Virus record (IMG/VR): IMGVR_UViG_3300028197_000003
Location: 96,001-160,000 of that record
Strand: one strand, 5' to 3'
DNA length: 64,000 bases
DNA from: a virus
Shown here: one piece after another, positions 46,267-54,949 of the stretch
Position numbering within the stretch: the stretch's first letter is position 1
How the letters are laid out: each line of letters starts with the position of its first letter
The notes under the pieces: generated by a model
What the model was told of the DNA's origin: nothing
What the model saw: the letters and a program-made list of their open reading frames with translations, nothing else
Database searches by the model: none
Made by a program: the position numbers and the translations under genes

Positions 46267-47078
46267 CTTTTCATTTACGAAAAAGTGGGAAAAAAACTCG
46301 GGCAAAAAATTTGCTCCTAGGGTTGAACCTGTCTAATAACGGATCTGCTTGTCTACTTGAGGATGGTAAACCTGTTTGGTATCTGGAGGCAGAGCGTGTT
46401 TCCTATGTAAAGTATGACTATGATATCAGGTCTCTACTTGATATGTTACCTGAGGGAATAGATCATATTGCTTTAGCAGATTCCTTTTGGAAACGTGGTA
46501 ACAAGCAGGTTGATAACATCAAGATGTTGTCTGCTGTCAAGAGAAAGTTTCCTGGTGCTACACTGTATGACTACAGAAAAAAGCACCATATGACACACGC
46601 TGCATGTGGTTTCTACAACTCAGGATTTGAAACTGCCACTTGTATTGTGGTTGACTCTAATGGATCAAAAACACCTGAAGGTTTAGAGATAGAATCTATT
46701 TTCTTTGCTCCCACCTGGGGGGTAATTCATAAGACCATGTTCTCTCCTGATAATATTGGATTTGGTAGGAGATTTGAAGAGGCATGTATAGAATATGGAT
46801 GGCACTACATGGATGCAGGTAAGGTTATGGGAAAAAGTGTTTATAATTCTGAACCTGCCAAGTCTTTGCAGGCAGAGTGGGAGGAGAGGGTGTTAGAACT
46901 GATCCGTATGGCACCTACAACAAATATTGTCCTTGCAGGAGGATGTTTCTTGAATTGTGTAGCAAACTACAAGGCACTGGGAAGATTTCCTGATCATAGT
47001 TTCTATGCAGAACCACTAGCAAATGATGGAGGCACTGCCATGGGTGCTGCTTATTTGGCATATCATGGCATCAATTGA
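46263..47078 (+). CDS. second carbamoyltransferase Kae1-like domain
   Basis: EAERVS, HHMTHA, GKVMG, GGCFLNC, DGGTAMG; the true start may be downstream. Confidence 0.8.
   Translation: MTFHLRKSGKKTRAKNLLLGLNLSNNGSACLLEDGKPVWYLEAERVSYVKYDYDIRSLLDMLPEGIDHIALADSFWKRGNKQVDNIKMLSAVKRKFPGATLYDYRKKHHMTHAACGFYNSGFETATCIVVDSNGSKTPEGLEIESIFFAPTWGVIHKTMFSPDNIGFGRRFEEACIEYGWHYMDAGKVMGKSVYNSEPAKSLQAEWEERVLELIRMAPTTNIVLAGGCFLNCVANYKALGRFPDHSFYAEPLANDGGTAMGAAYLAYHGIN
46287..46314. repeat. dispersed A-tract motif, copy 2
   Basis: gggaaaaaaactcgggcaaaaaatttgc. Confidence 0.7.
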
Positions 47079-47856
47079 CATCTTAGATATCAGCGCATCT
47101 ATTGGTTGCAACCTTCAATGTAAGGGATGCAATCATTTCAGTAACTATTTTGCTCCTGGTAGTAAGGTAGACACTGACAGTTTGCTTGATGACATAGCAA
47201 CTCTATTGCCTAGAGTAAATATAGGTAGAGTGTCCGTCATTGGTGGCGAACCACTACTAAATCCCCGTTGTGAGGAGATTGTAAATGCATGTACAACACA
47301 CACTGATTCTCCTGTCTATCTCTATAGCAATGGTCTATTGCTCCTACAGAATGAAGCATGGATCAAAAAGAGTTTAGAGAATCCACAAATATTTCTTAGG
47401 ATTAGCATTCATCTACCAGAAGTAGAACAGATTATCAAAGAGTTCAACCACCCTAAGGTTCTTGTTACTGAGCATCATACTGGTAAAGATAGGTGGTTCA
47501 ACTCTATCAAAAAGAGAGATGGTAAGGTCTATCCTTACGAGCATAAGAATCCCGCAAAGAGTTTCAAGGTTTGTTCTTGTCCTAATGCACAGTTGTATGG
47601 GGGGAAACTGTGGAAGTGTCCCAACACAGCATTTCTGAGGGAACTATTATATGTGACTGATCAACAGAATGATCCTGAGTGGCAGGAGTATCTTGTCGAT
47701 GGTGTTCCTGTTGATTGTAGTGATGATGCATTGACAAAATTCTGTACTAATAGTAGACTCTCAGAAAGTGTATGTAACATGTGTACTGCCAAACCGATAA
47801 AGTTCAGTGCTGCACTGCAAGAACGGAGTAAACGAAAGGTTATTCCTTCAAAATAA
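47065..47856 (+). CDS. radical SAM protein
   Basis: CNLQCKGC, IGGEPLL, SNG; C-terminal CSCP...WKCP...C..C. Confidence 0.85.
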   Translation: MASIDILDISASIGCNLQCKGCNHFSNYFAPGSKVDTDSLLDDIATLLPRVNIGRVSVIGGEPLLNPRCEEIVNACTTHTDSPVYLYSNGLLLLQNEAWIKKSLENPQIFLRISIHLPEVEQIIKEFNHPKVLVTEHHTGKDRWFNSIKKRDGKVYPYEHKNPAKSFKVCSCPNAQLYGGKLWKCPNTAFLRELLYVTDQQNDPEWQEYLVDGVPVDCSDDALTKFCTNSRLSESVCNMCTAKPIKFSAALQERSKRKVIPSK

Positions 47857-47859
47857 ATA
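47853..47859 (+). promoter_or_regulatory. T4-type late promoter-like motif
   Basis: ATAAATA 17 nt upstream of the next ATG. Confidence 0.5.
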
Positions 47860-47876
47860 ACCAAAACTACCCTCAC

Positions 47877-48128
47877 ATGCCAACATATCCCGTAAAACAT
47901 CTGACTACCGGAGAAACAAAGGAATTGTCAATGAAAGTTGCTGACTATGATCAGTGGCGTAAAGAAAATCCCGATTGGGATAAAGATTGGTCTGCTGGTG
48001 TCTGTATGACCGTTAGTGGTACAGGCGATGTTTACAGTAGGACTGATGGCGGATGGAATGAAGTTCTATCAAAGGTTGCACAAGTTCCTGGTTCAAAAGT
48101 CAAACCCCAGAAAACCATACACTCATGA
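47877..48128 (+). CDS. conserved cyanophage hypothetical protein upstream of phoH
   Basis: MPTYPVKH...DGGWNEVLSKV. Confidence 0.75.
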   Translation: MPTYPVKHLTTGETKELSMKVADYDQWRKENPDWDKDWSAGVCMTVSGTGDVYSRTDGGWNEVLSKVAQVPGSKVKPQKTIHS

Positions 48129-48880
48129 CAGCACGTCGTAAGAAACTTTCTTCATCTGTTGGTGCTGGCATGACTGCCAAGCAAATGCGTCGTAAGAAAC
48201 CAATCAATTCTGAGTCGATGGTAGAAATTCTACCAATTACAGATAATCAGGAGACGGTATTCCAAAAGTACAGAGAAGATCAAAACCTATTTCTATATGG
48301 GTGTGCTGGTACTGGTAAAACATTCATCACTCTTTACCTGGCATTGAGAGATGTGCTTGATCCTTTGACGCATTATAACAAGGTAGTTCTTGTTCGGTCA
48401 CTGGTGTCAACCCGTGAGATTGGTTTTCTTCCTGGCGACCACGAGGATAAATCTGCTCTTTACCAAATTCCTTATAAGAATATGGTGAAGTACATGTTTG
48501 AGATGCCTACGGACAGTGACTTTGAAATGCTTTGGGGTAATCTGAAAGCACAGGAATCAGTGACGTTTTGGTCTACTAGCTTTATCCGTGGCACCACGCT
48601 GGATGATGCTATTATTATTGTAGATGAGTCTCAAAACCTAAATTTCCACGAACTTGACAGCATCATCACCCGTGTGGGTGAAGGTTCTAAGATCATGTTC
48701 TGTGGTGATGTAGCACAGACTGATCTTGTCAAGACCAATGAAAAAAATGGAATCTTAGATTTCATGAAGATTATCCAACGTATGTCAGAGTTTGATTCAA
48801 TCGAATTTGGCATTGACGATATTGTTCGCTCTGGACTTGTCAAGTCTTATATAACTAGCAAAATTGAACTTGGTATGTGA
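48125..48880 (+). CDS. phoH: PhoH-family ATPase
   Basis: GCAGTGKT, GFLPG, FIRG, DESQN, GD..Q.D. Confidence 0.95.
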   Translation: MTARRKKLSSSVGAGMTAKQMRRKKPINSESMVEILPITDNQETVFQKYREDQNLFLYGCAGTGKTFITLYLALRDVLDPLTHYNKVVLVRSLVSTREIGFLPGDHEDKSALYQIPYKNMVKYMFEMPTDSDFEMLWGNLKAQESVTFWSTSFIRGTTLDDAIIIVDESQNLNFHELDSIITRVGEGSKIMFCGDVAQTDLVKTNEKNGILDFMKIIQRMSEFDSIEFGIDDIVRSGLVKSYITSKIELGM

Positions 48881-49545
48881 TGTTTGACCATGTAGAATGT
48901 GATCTTCCGCGACTTCAGCGGAAGAATATTGAAGGAGTCCGTTTTTACACAGTCAATGACCGACCGATGGTGTCCATCACCTCGGTCACTTCTCATTGGA
49001 GTGCAAAGAAATTTGTCGAGTGGAGGAAACGTGTTGGTAATGAGGAAGCAAACCGCATTACTAAACGTGCTACTAGTAGAGGTACGGAATGTCACGAGTT
49101 GATCGAGACATTTATGCTCAACAAAGAGGTGGAGTATAAGAATCCTGGACCGAAAATGCTATTTCTCCAGGCAAAGAAAACATTACAAAATATAAATAAC
49201 ATATACGCATTAGAAAAAAGTCTCTACAGCGAGGAACTTGGAGTCGCAGGTACAGTAGATTGCATCGCTGAGTACAATGGAGAACTTGCAATCATTGACT
49301 TCAAAACATCAGCAAAACCTAAACCTAGGGATTGGATTGAAGGTTACTTTGTACAAGCAGCAGGATATGCTTGTATGTTCTTTGAACGTACTGGTATCCC
49401 CGTAAAAAAACTTGTCATTATCATGACATGTGAGAACGGAGAGGTGCAAGTGTACGAAGAGTATGATAAAATGAAATATATGAAACTTCTTGTTCAATAC
49501 ATCGAGAAATTCGTTGAAGAAAAAATCACAGCACTCCAAGTCTGA
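48877..49545 (+). CDS. PD-(D/E)xK (Cas4-like) exonuclease
   Basis: SITSV, RGTECH, AGTVDC, IDFKTS, QAAGY. Confidence 0.85.
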   Translation: MMFDHVECDLPRLQRKNIEGVRFYTVNDRPMVSITSVTSHWSAKKFVEWRKRVGNEEANRITKRATSRGTECHELIETFMLNKEVEYKNPGPKMLFLQAKKTLQNINNIYALEKSLYSEELGVAGTVDCIAEYNGELAIIDFKTSAKPKPRDWIEGYFVQAAGYACMFFERTGIPVKKLVIIMTCENGEVQVYEEYDKMKYMKLLVQYIEKFVEEKITALQV

Positions 49546-49546
49546 A

Positions 49547-49795
49547 ATGAAATCCATTTTGAAAAGTAAATTCTTGTGTCAAGACAAGTTTACTAATGAC
49601 ATTGAGAACATAGTAAAAAACAATGCTGAAATGAATTACATTGAGGCAATTTGTTTTTACTGCGAGTCAAACAACATTGAGATTGAATCTGTTTCTAATC
49701 TCATCACAAAACCTTTGAAAGAAAAACTCAAGGGCAATGCTATGACCCTAAATTACTTGAAGAGGACATCTAGGGCAAAGTTCTTTAGTATCTAA
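49547..49795 (+). CDS. gp33: late-promoter transcription co-activator
   Basis: YIEAICFYCESNNIEIESV...LKEKL; position before gp59. Confidence 0.8.
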   Translation: MKSILKSKFLCQDKFTNDIENIVKNNAEMNYIEAICFYCESNNIEIESVSNLITKPLKEKLKGNAMTLNYLKRTSRAKFFSI

Positions 49796-50872
49796 ATGGA
49801 TAAAAGAGAGTTCAAACTATCTCAGATCAAAAGTAATCTACCTGTAGATAAACTTCACAGAATATCTGAGAGTGTGGACTTTGTTAGATCACAGAAAGGA
49901 TTCTGGACAACTAACTTCAAACAGGTTACGCCTGAAGAGATTGCATCTCTTGAGTCAGAGCGACCTACCACAAGATTACTGAGTATCCATGTTATCAATG
50001 GGTGCAATCTTGCTTGTCGGGCATGTAATCACAACAGCAGTCTTCTTGGTATGAAGAGTGGTGTAGATATTGATGCTTTGATAAAAGATATCAAAGAATT
50101 TCTACCAAAAGTATATGTTTGGAGTCATATAAGCATTATTGGGGGAGAACCTTTACTTGAACCCCGCACCAAAGAGGTCGTAAAGGTCACTAGAGAGGTC
50201 GCAGAAGCAACGGGGCAGACCTGTAACATAAAACTGTTTAGTAATGGTTCACGCCTCATACAAGAGCAGGAGTGGATTGCTGATGAAATGTTGAAAGGTG
50301 TCAACTTCAGACTAACATTTCATAAACCCTGGTTTACTGAGTTAGGATCCGCCAACTGGGAAAACGCTGCAAAGTTTATTAGATATCTCCAGTCCCGCGA
50401 TGTGGACACTGATAACTTTCTTGAATTTAGTGAGGCATTCCGTCTGCTTGATGGTAAACCTAGGCAGTGGTTTGATCTTGTGCGTTATGAGATCAAGGAA
50501 GACCAGATCAAATACTATCCTTTTGAGGAAGGGAATCCTGAAGAAAGCTTTACACACTGCACGTGTCCCAATAGTCAGTTGTATAATGGACACCTGTGGA
50601 AGTGTCCCATGATCTCCTACCTCAGAGAATCGTTGGATGCCACAGATCAACTCAATGATCCTGAATGGCAGAAGTACCTGGCGTACAAACCAACTGACAT
50701 CTCTGCTTCCCCAGATGACATCCGAGCATCATTTGATGAGGTAAAAAAACCTCATGAGATTTGTTCTATGTGTCCCCGCAACCCTGTGTGGTTTACTGCA
50801 ACTGCACAATTGGATGCGAAATTGAAAAAAAACGTCGCAATGCATGATGAAGCAACCTATGACACCGTTTGA
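49796..50872 (+). CDS. radical SAM protein (paralogue of 47065..47856)
   Basis: CNLACRAC, IGGEPLL, SNG; CTCPNSQLYNGHLWKCP. Confidence 0.85.
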   Translation: MDKREFKLSQIKSNLPVDKLHRISESVDFVRSQKGFWTTNFKQVTPEEIASLESERPTTRLLSIHVINGCNLACRACNHNSSLLGMKSGVDIDALIKDIKEFLPKVYVWSHISIIGGEPLLEPRTKEVVKVTREVAEATGQTCNIKLFSNGSRLIQEQEWIADEMLKGVNFRLTFHKPWFTELGSANWENAAKFIRYLQSRDVDTDNFLEFSEAFRLLDGKPRQWFDLVRYEIKEDQIKYYPFEEGNPEESFTHCTCPNSQLYNGHLWKCPMISYLRESLDATDQLNDPEWQKYLAYKPTDISASPDDIRASFDEVKKPHEICSMCPRNPVWFTATAQLDAKLKKNVAMHDEATYDTV

Positions 50873-51458
50873 TACTTACAAAGAGTATCTTGCGTACAAG
50901 AATCATTTCTCTAAGGAGAAGTATGATTACTTTGTGTATGGTGGTAAGTCTAGAGCAAGTCTTGACTCATTCTACAAGAGGAAAGATAGGTACTTTTTTG
51001 AGAAGACATCAAGGAAGTACAAGGATGAGGATATCAGGAACTTCTTTCTTGCTAATTTTGTAAGCACCGATAATCCACAGGGTCTGTGGATTGGAAACAT
51101 TATTCGTGGGGGTGAGAGCATTTACGTTGCATGGCAGCGTCGTCAGCAGAGTTTGTTCTACAACTTCAAGAGCACAAACAAAACCATGTTGGAGCAGTAT
51201 GGGTTGCAAACATTTTTGGAACCTAAAGATGGACATCCTCCACTACTCAAGGAATACTTGGGAGGTAACCTTAGTATTGAGGAGGTAGTAATCTATGAGA
51301 AATTGTTTGGGTACTGCAAAGACTACGACAAGAAAATAGATGACCCTGTGTGGCATCAGATTGGTATGAAGGTCAAGAAGTATTTGCCATTTCTAAATAT
51401 TGATAAAGAAAAGTATCGTAAACAAGTAATTACTGAAGTAAACGATCAACTCCAATGA
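50859..51458 (+). CDS. gp59: helicase loader
   Basis: KNHF...YDYF..., FYKRKDRYFFEK, FFLANF. Confidence 0.85.
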   Translation: MTPFDTYKEYLAYKNHFSKEKYDYFVYGGKSRASLDSFYKRKDRYFFEKTSRKYKDEDIRNFFLANFVSTDNPQGLWIGNIIRGGESIYVAWQRRQQSLFYNFKSTNKTMLEQYGLQTFLEPKDGHPPLLKEYLGGNLSIEEVVIYEKLFGYCKDYDKKIDDPVWHQIGMKVKKYLPFLNIDKEKYRKQVITEVNDQLQ

Positions 51459-51784
51459 GCAACTTTTTTGAAAGCGATAATGTCCGCCGTGAAATGGAGG
51501 ACATCTATGAGATACAGAAGGATCTGTATAATGTCATTATGCAGTTCCCTGCTATGTCTGATGATGCTAAGTGGGAGCACATTGAAACTTTGAAGGAACT
51601 GCTGGAGAAACAGCAGATTATGTGGACTAGAGTCTCCTACTCAGAGGACCCTGAAGCAGTTGATATGAAGAAAAAGATTCAAGAGTCTGCCAAACAAATT
51701 GGGTTTGGTGTTTCGGATATGAATACTATCTTCGGCAACATGAAGAACACACTGAATCTAATGCAAACACAACTCAAAAGATAA
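51455..51784 (+). CDS. DUF1825-like conserved protein
   Basis: MSNFFESDNVRREM...LLEKQQIMWTR. Confidence 0.75.
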   Translation: MSNFFESDNVRREMEDIYEIQKDLYNVIMQFPAMSDDAKWEHIETLKELLEKQQIMWTRVSYSEDPEAVDMKKKIQESAKQIGFGVSDMNTIFGNMKNTLNLMQTQLKR

Positions 51785-52797
51785 TGGGAAAACTTCTAAG
51801 TGTGGGGTGTTCCCTTACTTATGGGTTAGAATTATCTCAAATGTATGCATTTAGAAAGTCTGATGTAGAGTCTATGACTGTCCCTATTCATAGAGATTCA
51901 TCGGTCGGTATACCTAAAAGTTATATTATTGAGGGAGAGAGTGATGTGTGTGATAAAGTTTTTTTAGATTCATTTCATGATCTAGAGTGTAATGAATATC
52001 GAAGATCTCATAGATGGGGAGCACTTCTTGCTGAGAAGATGGGACTTGAAGAGGTTTGTGTATCAAGACCTGGCAACTCTAATCATTCAATGTCAACTGA
52101 CATGGGAAGATATTTTTCAAATCGTAAAAAAAGAGAAGAAGTAGAATATGCGGTAGTTCAACTTACATTCGCTGATAGAGGTTTTGTGCCCTCTAGGGGT
52201 AAACATTTATATGACCTCCGTTATCCTTTTGATTTGATGAATTCAATGTATTCATCCAGTGGAGAACTATCAGATTATTATTTTGAGGGGGGTGGATATC
52301 TAAATGCCGCTTACACTTACAAGAAACTAAGAACAACTGCTACCATGGGAGATCTGTCGGAAAATCAGTATACACTAAATGATGAAATAAAAAGAGAGGG
52401 AAAAATGATAAAGGATTTTTATAGGAATATATCTAAATGTAGAGATGAATATTATGATGTGGGAACGTGGCAAGCACTATGGGCAATGTCTGGAATTTTC
52501 CAGTCCCATAATATTCCATATAAAATTTTTATGGTCCGTGATAATTTTGAGGACACTAATTATGGACGTAGTCTCCCTCCAGATCTTATTGTAGATGATA
52601 GATTGGGATTTGATTCACTTTTGAAAACCCCAGATAATTATAAGTATTTGTCAAACTTTCCTGGTTTCTGCCCTCCAGGAGAATATTTTGAGGTTAGGAA
52701 TAAAGAGGGTGTCCCTACGGCATCATATGGTATGCATCTAAGTCCAGAGGGTCATCAATATTGGGCAGATATTATTTTTGATCACATCAATAAATAG
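51784..52797 (+). CDS. divergent SGNH-like hydrolase
   Basis: VGCSLTYG, GNSN, MHLSPEGH. Confidence 0.6.
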   Translation: MGKLLSVGCSLTYGLELSQMYAFRKSDVESMTVPIHRDSSVGIPKSYIIEGESDVCDKVFLDSFHDLECNEYRRSHRWGALLAEKMGLEEVCVSRPGNSNHSMSTDMGRYFSNRKKREEVEYAVVQLTFADRGFVPSRGKHLYDLRYPFDLMNSMYSSSGELSDYYFEGGGYLNAAYTYKKLRTTATMGDLSENQYTLNDEIKREGKMIKDFYRNISKCRDEYYDVGTWQALWAMSGIFQSHNIPYKIFMVRDNFEDTNYGRSLPPDLIVDDRLGFDSLLKTPDNYKYLSNFPGFCPPGEYFEVRNKEGVPTASYGMHLSPEGHQYWADIIFDHINK

Positions 52798-52813
52798 TTT
52801 TTTATTGATTGAT

Positions 52814-53086
52814 ATGATCTCTGTTTTATTCGTCGGGAAAGTAAAGGAATTTACTGAAGAGTACGAAGCATACAATGAGACCCTAATGGATAGTGCACGA
52901 AAGATTCCAGGGTTTATTGACATGCAGAGTGAAATGGTTGATGGCATTGAAATTACCATCAGTCAGTGGAAAACTGAGGATGATGTGCGAGAGTGGGCAC
53001 GTGACCCAACGCATATGAAAGCAAAGAAAAGAGTGCAGAAATGGTACTATTGGTATCGAGCAAAGCATTTTAGTTCAAATCAATGA
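52814..53086 (+). CDS. ABM (antibiotic biosynthesis monooxygenase)-family protein
   Basis: IPGFI...ISQW...W...H...W pattern. Confidence 0.7.
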   Translation: MISVLFVGKVKEFTEEYEAYNETLMDSARKIPGFIDMQSEMVDGIEITISQWKTEDDVREWARDPTHMKAKKRVQKWYYWYRAKHFSSNQ

Positions 53087-53313
53087 TTGGCGAAGATGCA
53101 AACGAGTACCCTTTGTTTGAAGGGGATTGGTATGCAAGTATGAATTTGGGTATAAATGAGTGTAGAATGTTATATGACCATATAAACTATTCAATCAAAA
53201 TGTGGCCAGGTTCACCTGCCAGACCTCCGGAGGAGCAAGAGTACCTTCACCTCCTGAAGACCCGTCTGGCAGGCATTATCATGCAATACAACTTTGACAT
53301 GTTGGACATGTAG
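53083..53313 (+). CDS. hypothetical protein
   Basis: WPGSPARPPEEQEYL. Confidence 0.65.
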   Translation: MIGEDANEYPLFEGDWYASMNLGINECRMLYDHINYSIKMWPGSPARPPEEQEYLHLLKTRLAGIIMQYNFDMLDM

Positions 53314-53324
53314 TATTGGATTCC

Positions 53325-53353
53325 TTGACAGGGGATAAATAAACCGCTATATT
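53325..53353 (+). promoter_or_regulatory. sigma70-type promoter of gp32 with an embedded ATAAATA
   Basis: TTGACA-17 nt-TATATT; ATAAATA lies in the spacer. Confidence 0.75.
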
Positions 53354-53398
53354 ATGTAAGCGGTGACAATCTTACTAATCCACCGAATCTAATCCAAT

Positions 53399-54337
53399 AT
53401 GTCTTTTGCAGACCTCAAAAAGCAATCTCGACTTGGTTCTCTGACTTCTAAGTTGACCAAAGAGATTGAGAAGATGAATACCAGCGGATCTGGTAACACA
53501 GACGAACGTCTGTGGAAACTCGAAGTCGATAAGGCAGGCAATGGTTATGCCGTCATCCGATTCTTGCCCGCTCCCGATGGAGAAGAACTCCCTTGGGCGA
53601 AGGTGTGGTCTCACGCCTTCCAAGGACCCGGAGGTTGGTATATCGAAAATAGCCTGACCACCCTAGGACAGAAAGATCCTGTCTCTGAGTACAACCGTCT
53701 CCTTTGGAACAGTGGTACTGATAGTGACAAGGATTTGGCACGTAAGCAGAAGCGAAAGCTCTCTTACATTGCGAACATCTATGTCGTCAAAGATCCAACT
53801 AACCCCCATAACGAAGGACAAGTTTTCCTTTATAAGTTCGGTAAGAAGATCTTTGACAAAGTTTCTGCTGCCATGCAGCCTGAGTTTGAAGACGAAGAAG
53901 CAATCGATCCATTCGATTTTTGGCAAGGTGCGAACTTCAAACTGAAAGCTAAGAACGTTGCGGGTTACCGCAATTATGACAGCAGCGAATTTGCTGCCGC
54001 ATCTCCAGTGTTGGACGACGACGATGCCCTTGAGGCATTGTGGAAGAAACAACATTCTCTAGAAGAATTTACTCGCCCTGACCAGTTCAAGGCATATGGG
54101 GATCTAGAGAAGCGTTTGAATTCCGTGTTGAACAACGCACGCAAAGCGGTTGACCCAGAAACCTTCGATGAGGAGGAAGCAGCGGTCACAAAATCACGGC
54201 AGCAAATGGATGAGGAAGACCGTATCGTCAAAAAAAGTCCTGCCCTTGTTGAGTCTGTTGTCGCGACCGGATCAACAAATGCTGATGACTCAGATGACGA
54301 TGCCCTGTCCTACTTTCAGAGACTTGCCGAGAGCTGA
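53399..54337 (+). CDS. gp32: single-stranded DNA-binding protein
   Basis: DERLWK, AVIRFLP, HAFQGPGGWYIENS, KFGKKIFDK, acidic tail. Confidence 0.97.
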   Translation: MSFADLKKQSRLGSLTSKLTKEIEKMNTSGSGNTDERLWKLEVDKAGNGYAVIRFLPAPDGEELPWAKVWSHAFQGPGGWYIENSLTTLGQKDPVSEYNRLLWNSGTDSDKDLARKQKRKLSYIANIYVVKDPTNPHNEGQVFLYKFGKKIFDKVSAAMQPEFEDEEAIDPFDFWQGANFKLKAKNVAGYRNYDSSEFAAASPVLDDDDALEALWKKQHSLEEFTRPDQFKAYGDLEKRLNSVLNNARKAVDPETFDEEEAAVTKSRQQMDEEDRIVKKSPALVESVVATGSTNADDSDDDALSYFQRLAES

Positions 54338-54340
54338 GGG

Positions 54341-54907
54341 ATGAAGTTTTACAGCTTCAACGAGCTGATTGGAGTCTGGGATGGGGAACTCCCCATCCTG
54401 GACTTTTCTTTTAGGAAAATTTATGAATGGAAAGAAGAATTCCCTGAGTCAGAAGGTAATTCAAACATAGAAGGATGGCAACGCACCGGTATGCAGACCG
54501 ATGGAAGATTTACTCAATTGATGAATCTGATTGCTAGCAAATCACGAGAGTACATTGCTCATCATGATGTAAAACCACCTCGTCATGTGGAGGTTGTCCA
54601 TGCCTTTGCAAACATCAATGGACCTGGTGCATCAAACTGTATGCACCATCATACTTACGGTCAACTCAGTGGGGTGTATTGGTTGAAAGCACCACGTAAT
54701 AGTGGTAACCTTGTCATCATGAGTCCATTTCATAATCAATACTTGAATACCTCATGTGTATCTAAGATTGACCGTAATGCAATGGTCATTGAACCTAAAG
54801 CAAACACGGGGGTATTTTTCAATAGTAATTTAGTTCATTACGTAGATCAGAACCGATCGAAACATGATCGAGTGTCAGTGGCATTTCACGTTCTTATTCA
54901 CCCATAA
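54341..54907 (+). CDS. putative 2OG-Fe(II) oxygenase
   Basis: MHHH, SGVYW, FNSNLVHYV, RVSVAF. Confidence 0.75.
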   Translation: MKFYSFNELIGVWDGELPILDFSFRKIYEWKEEFPESEGNSNIEGWQRTGMQTDGRFTQLMNLIASKSREYIAHHDVKPPRHVEVVHAFANINGPGASNCMHHHTYGQLSGVYWLKAPRNSGNLVIMSPFHNQYLNTSCVSKIDRNAMVIEPKANTGVFFNSNLVHYVDQNRSKHDRVSVAFHVLIHP

Positions 54908-54908
54908 C

Positions 54909-54936
54909 GGGAAAAAAACCTCGGGGCAAAAATTGC
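54909..54936. repeat. dispersed A-tract motif, copy 3
   Basis: gggaaaaaaacctcggggcaaaaattgc. Confidence 0.65.
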
Positions 54937-54949
54937 TTCTATAGATTTT

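Noticed and set aside
36563-47078. Saxitoxin- or cylindrospermopsin-like cluster (SxtG/SxtI/SxtL-type enzyme classes)
   Set aside because: No PKS/NRPS or SxtA-like scaffold enzyme; the genes are scattered. The similarity is at superfamily level only.
48877-49545. Cas4-like nuclease as evidence of a CRISPR system
   Set aside because: No repeat-spacer array or other cas genes are present. Solo Cas4-like exonucleases are normal next to phoH in T4-like cyanophages.
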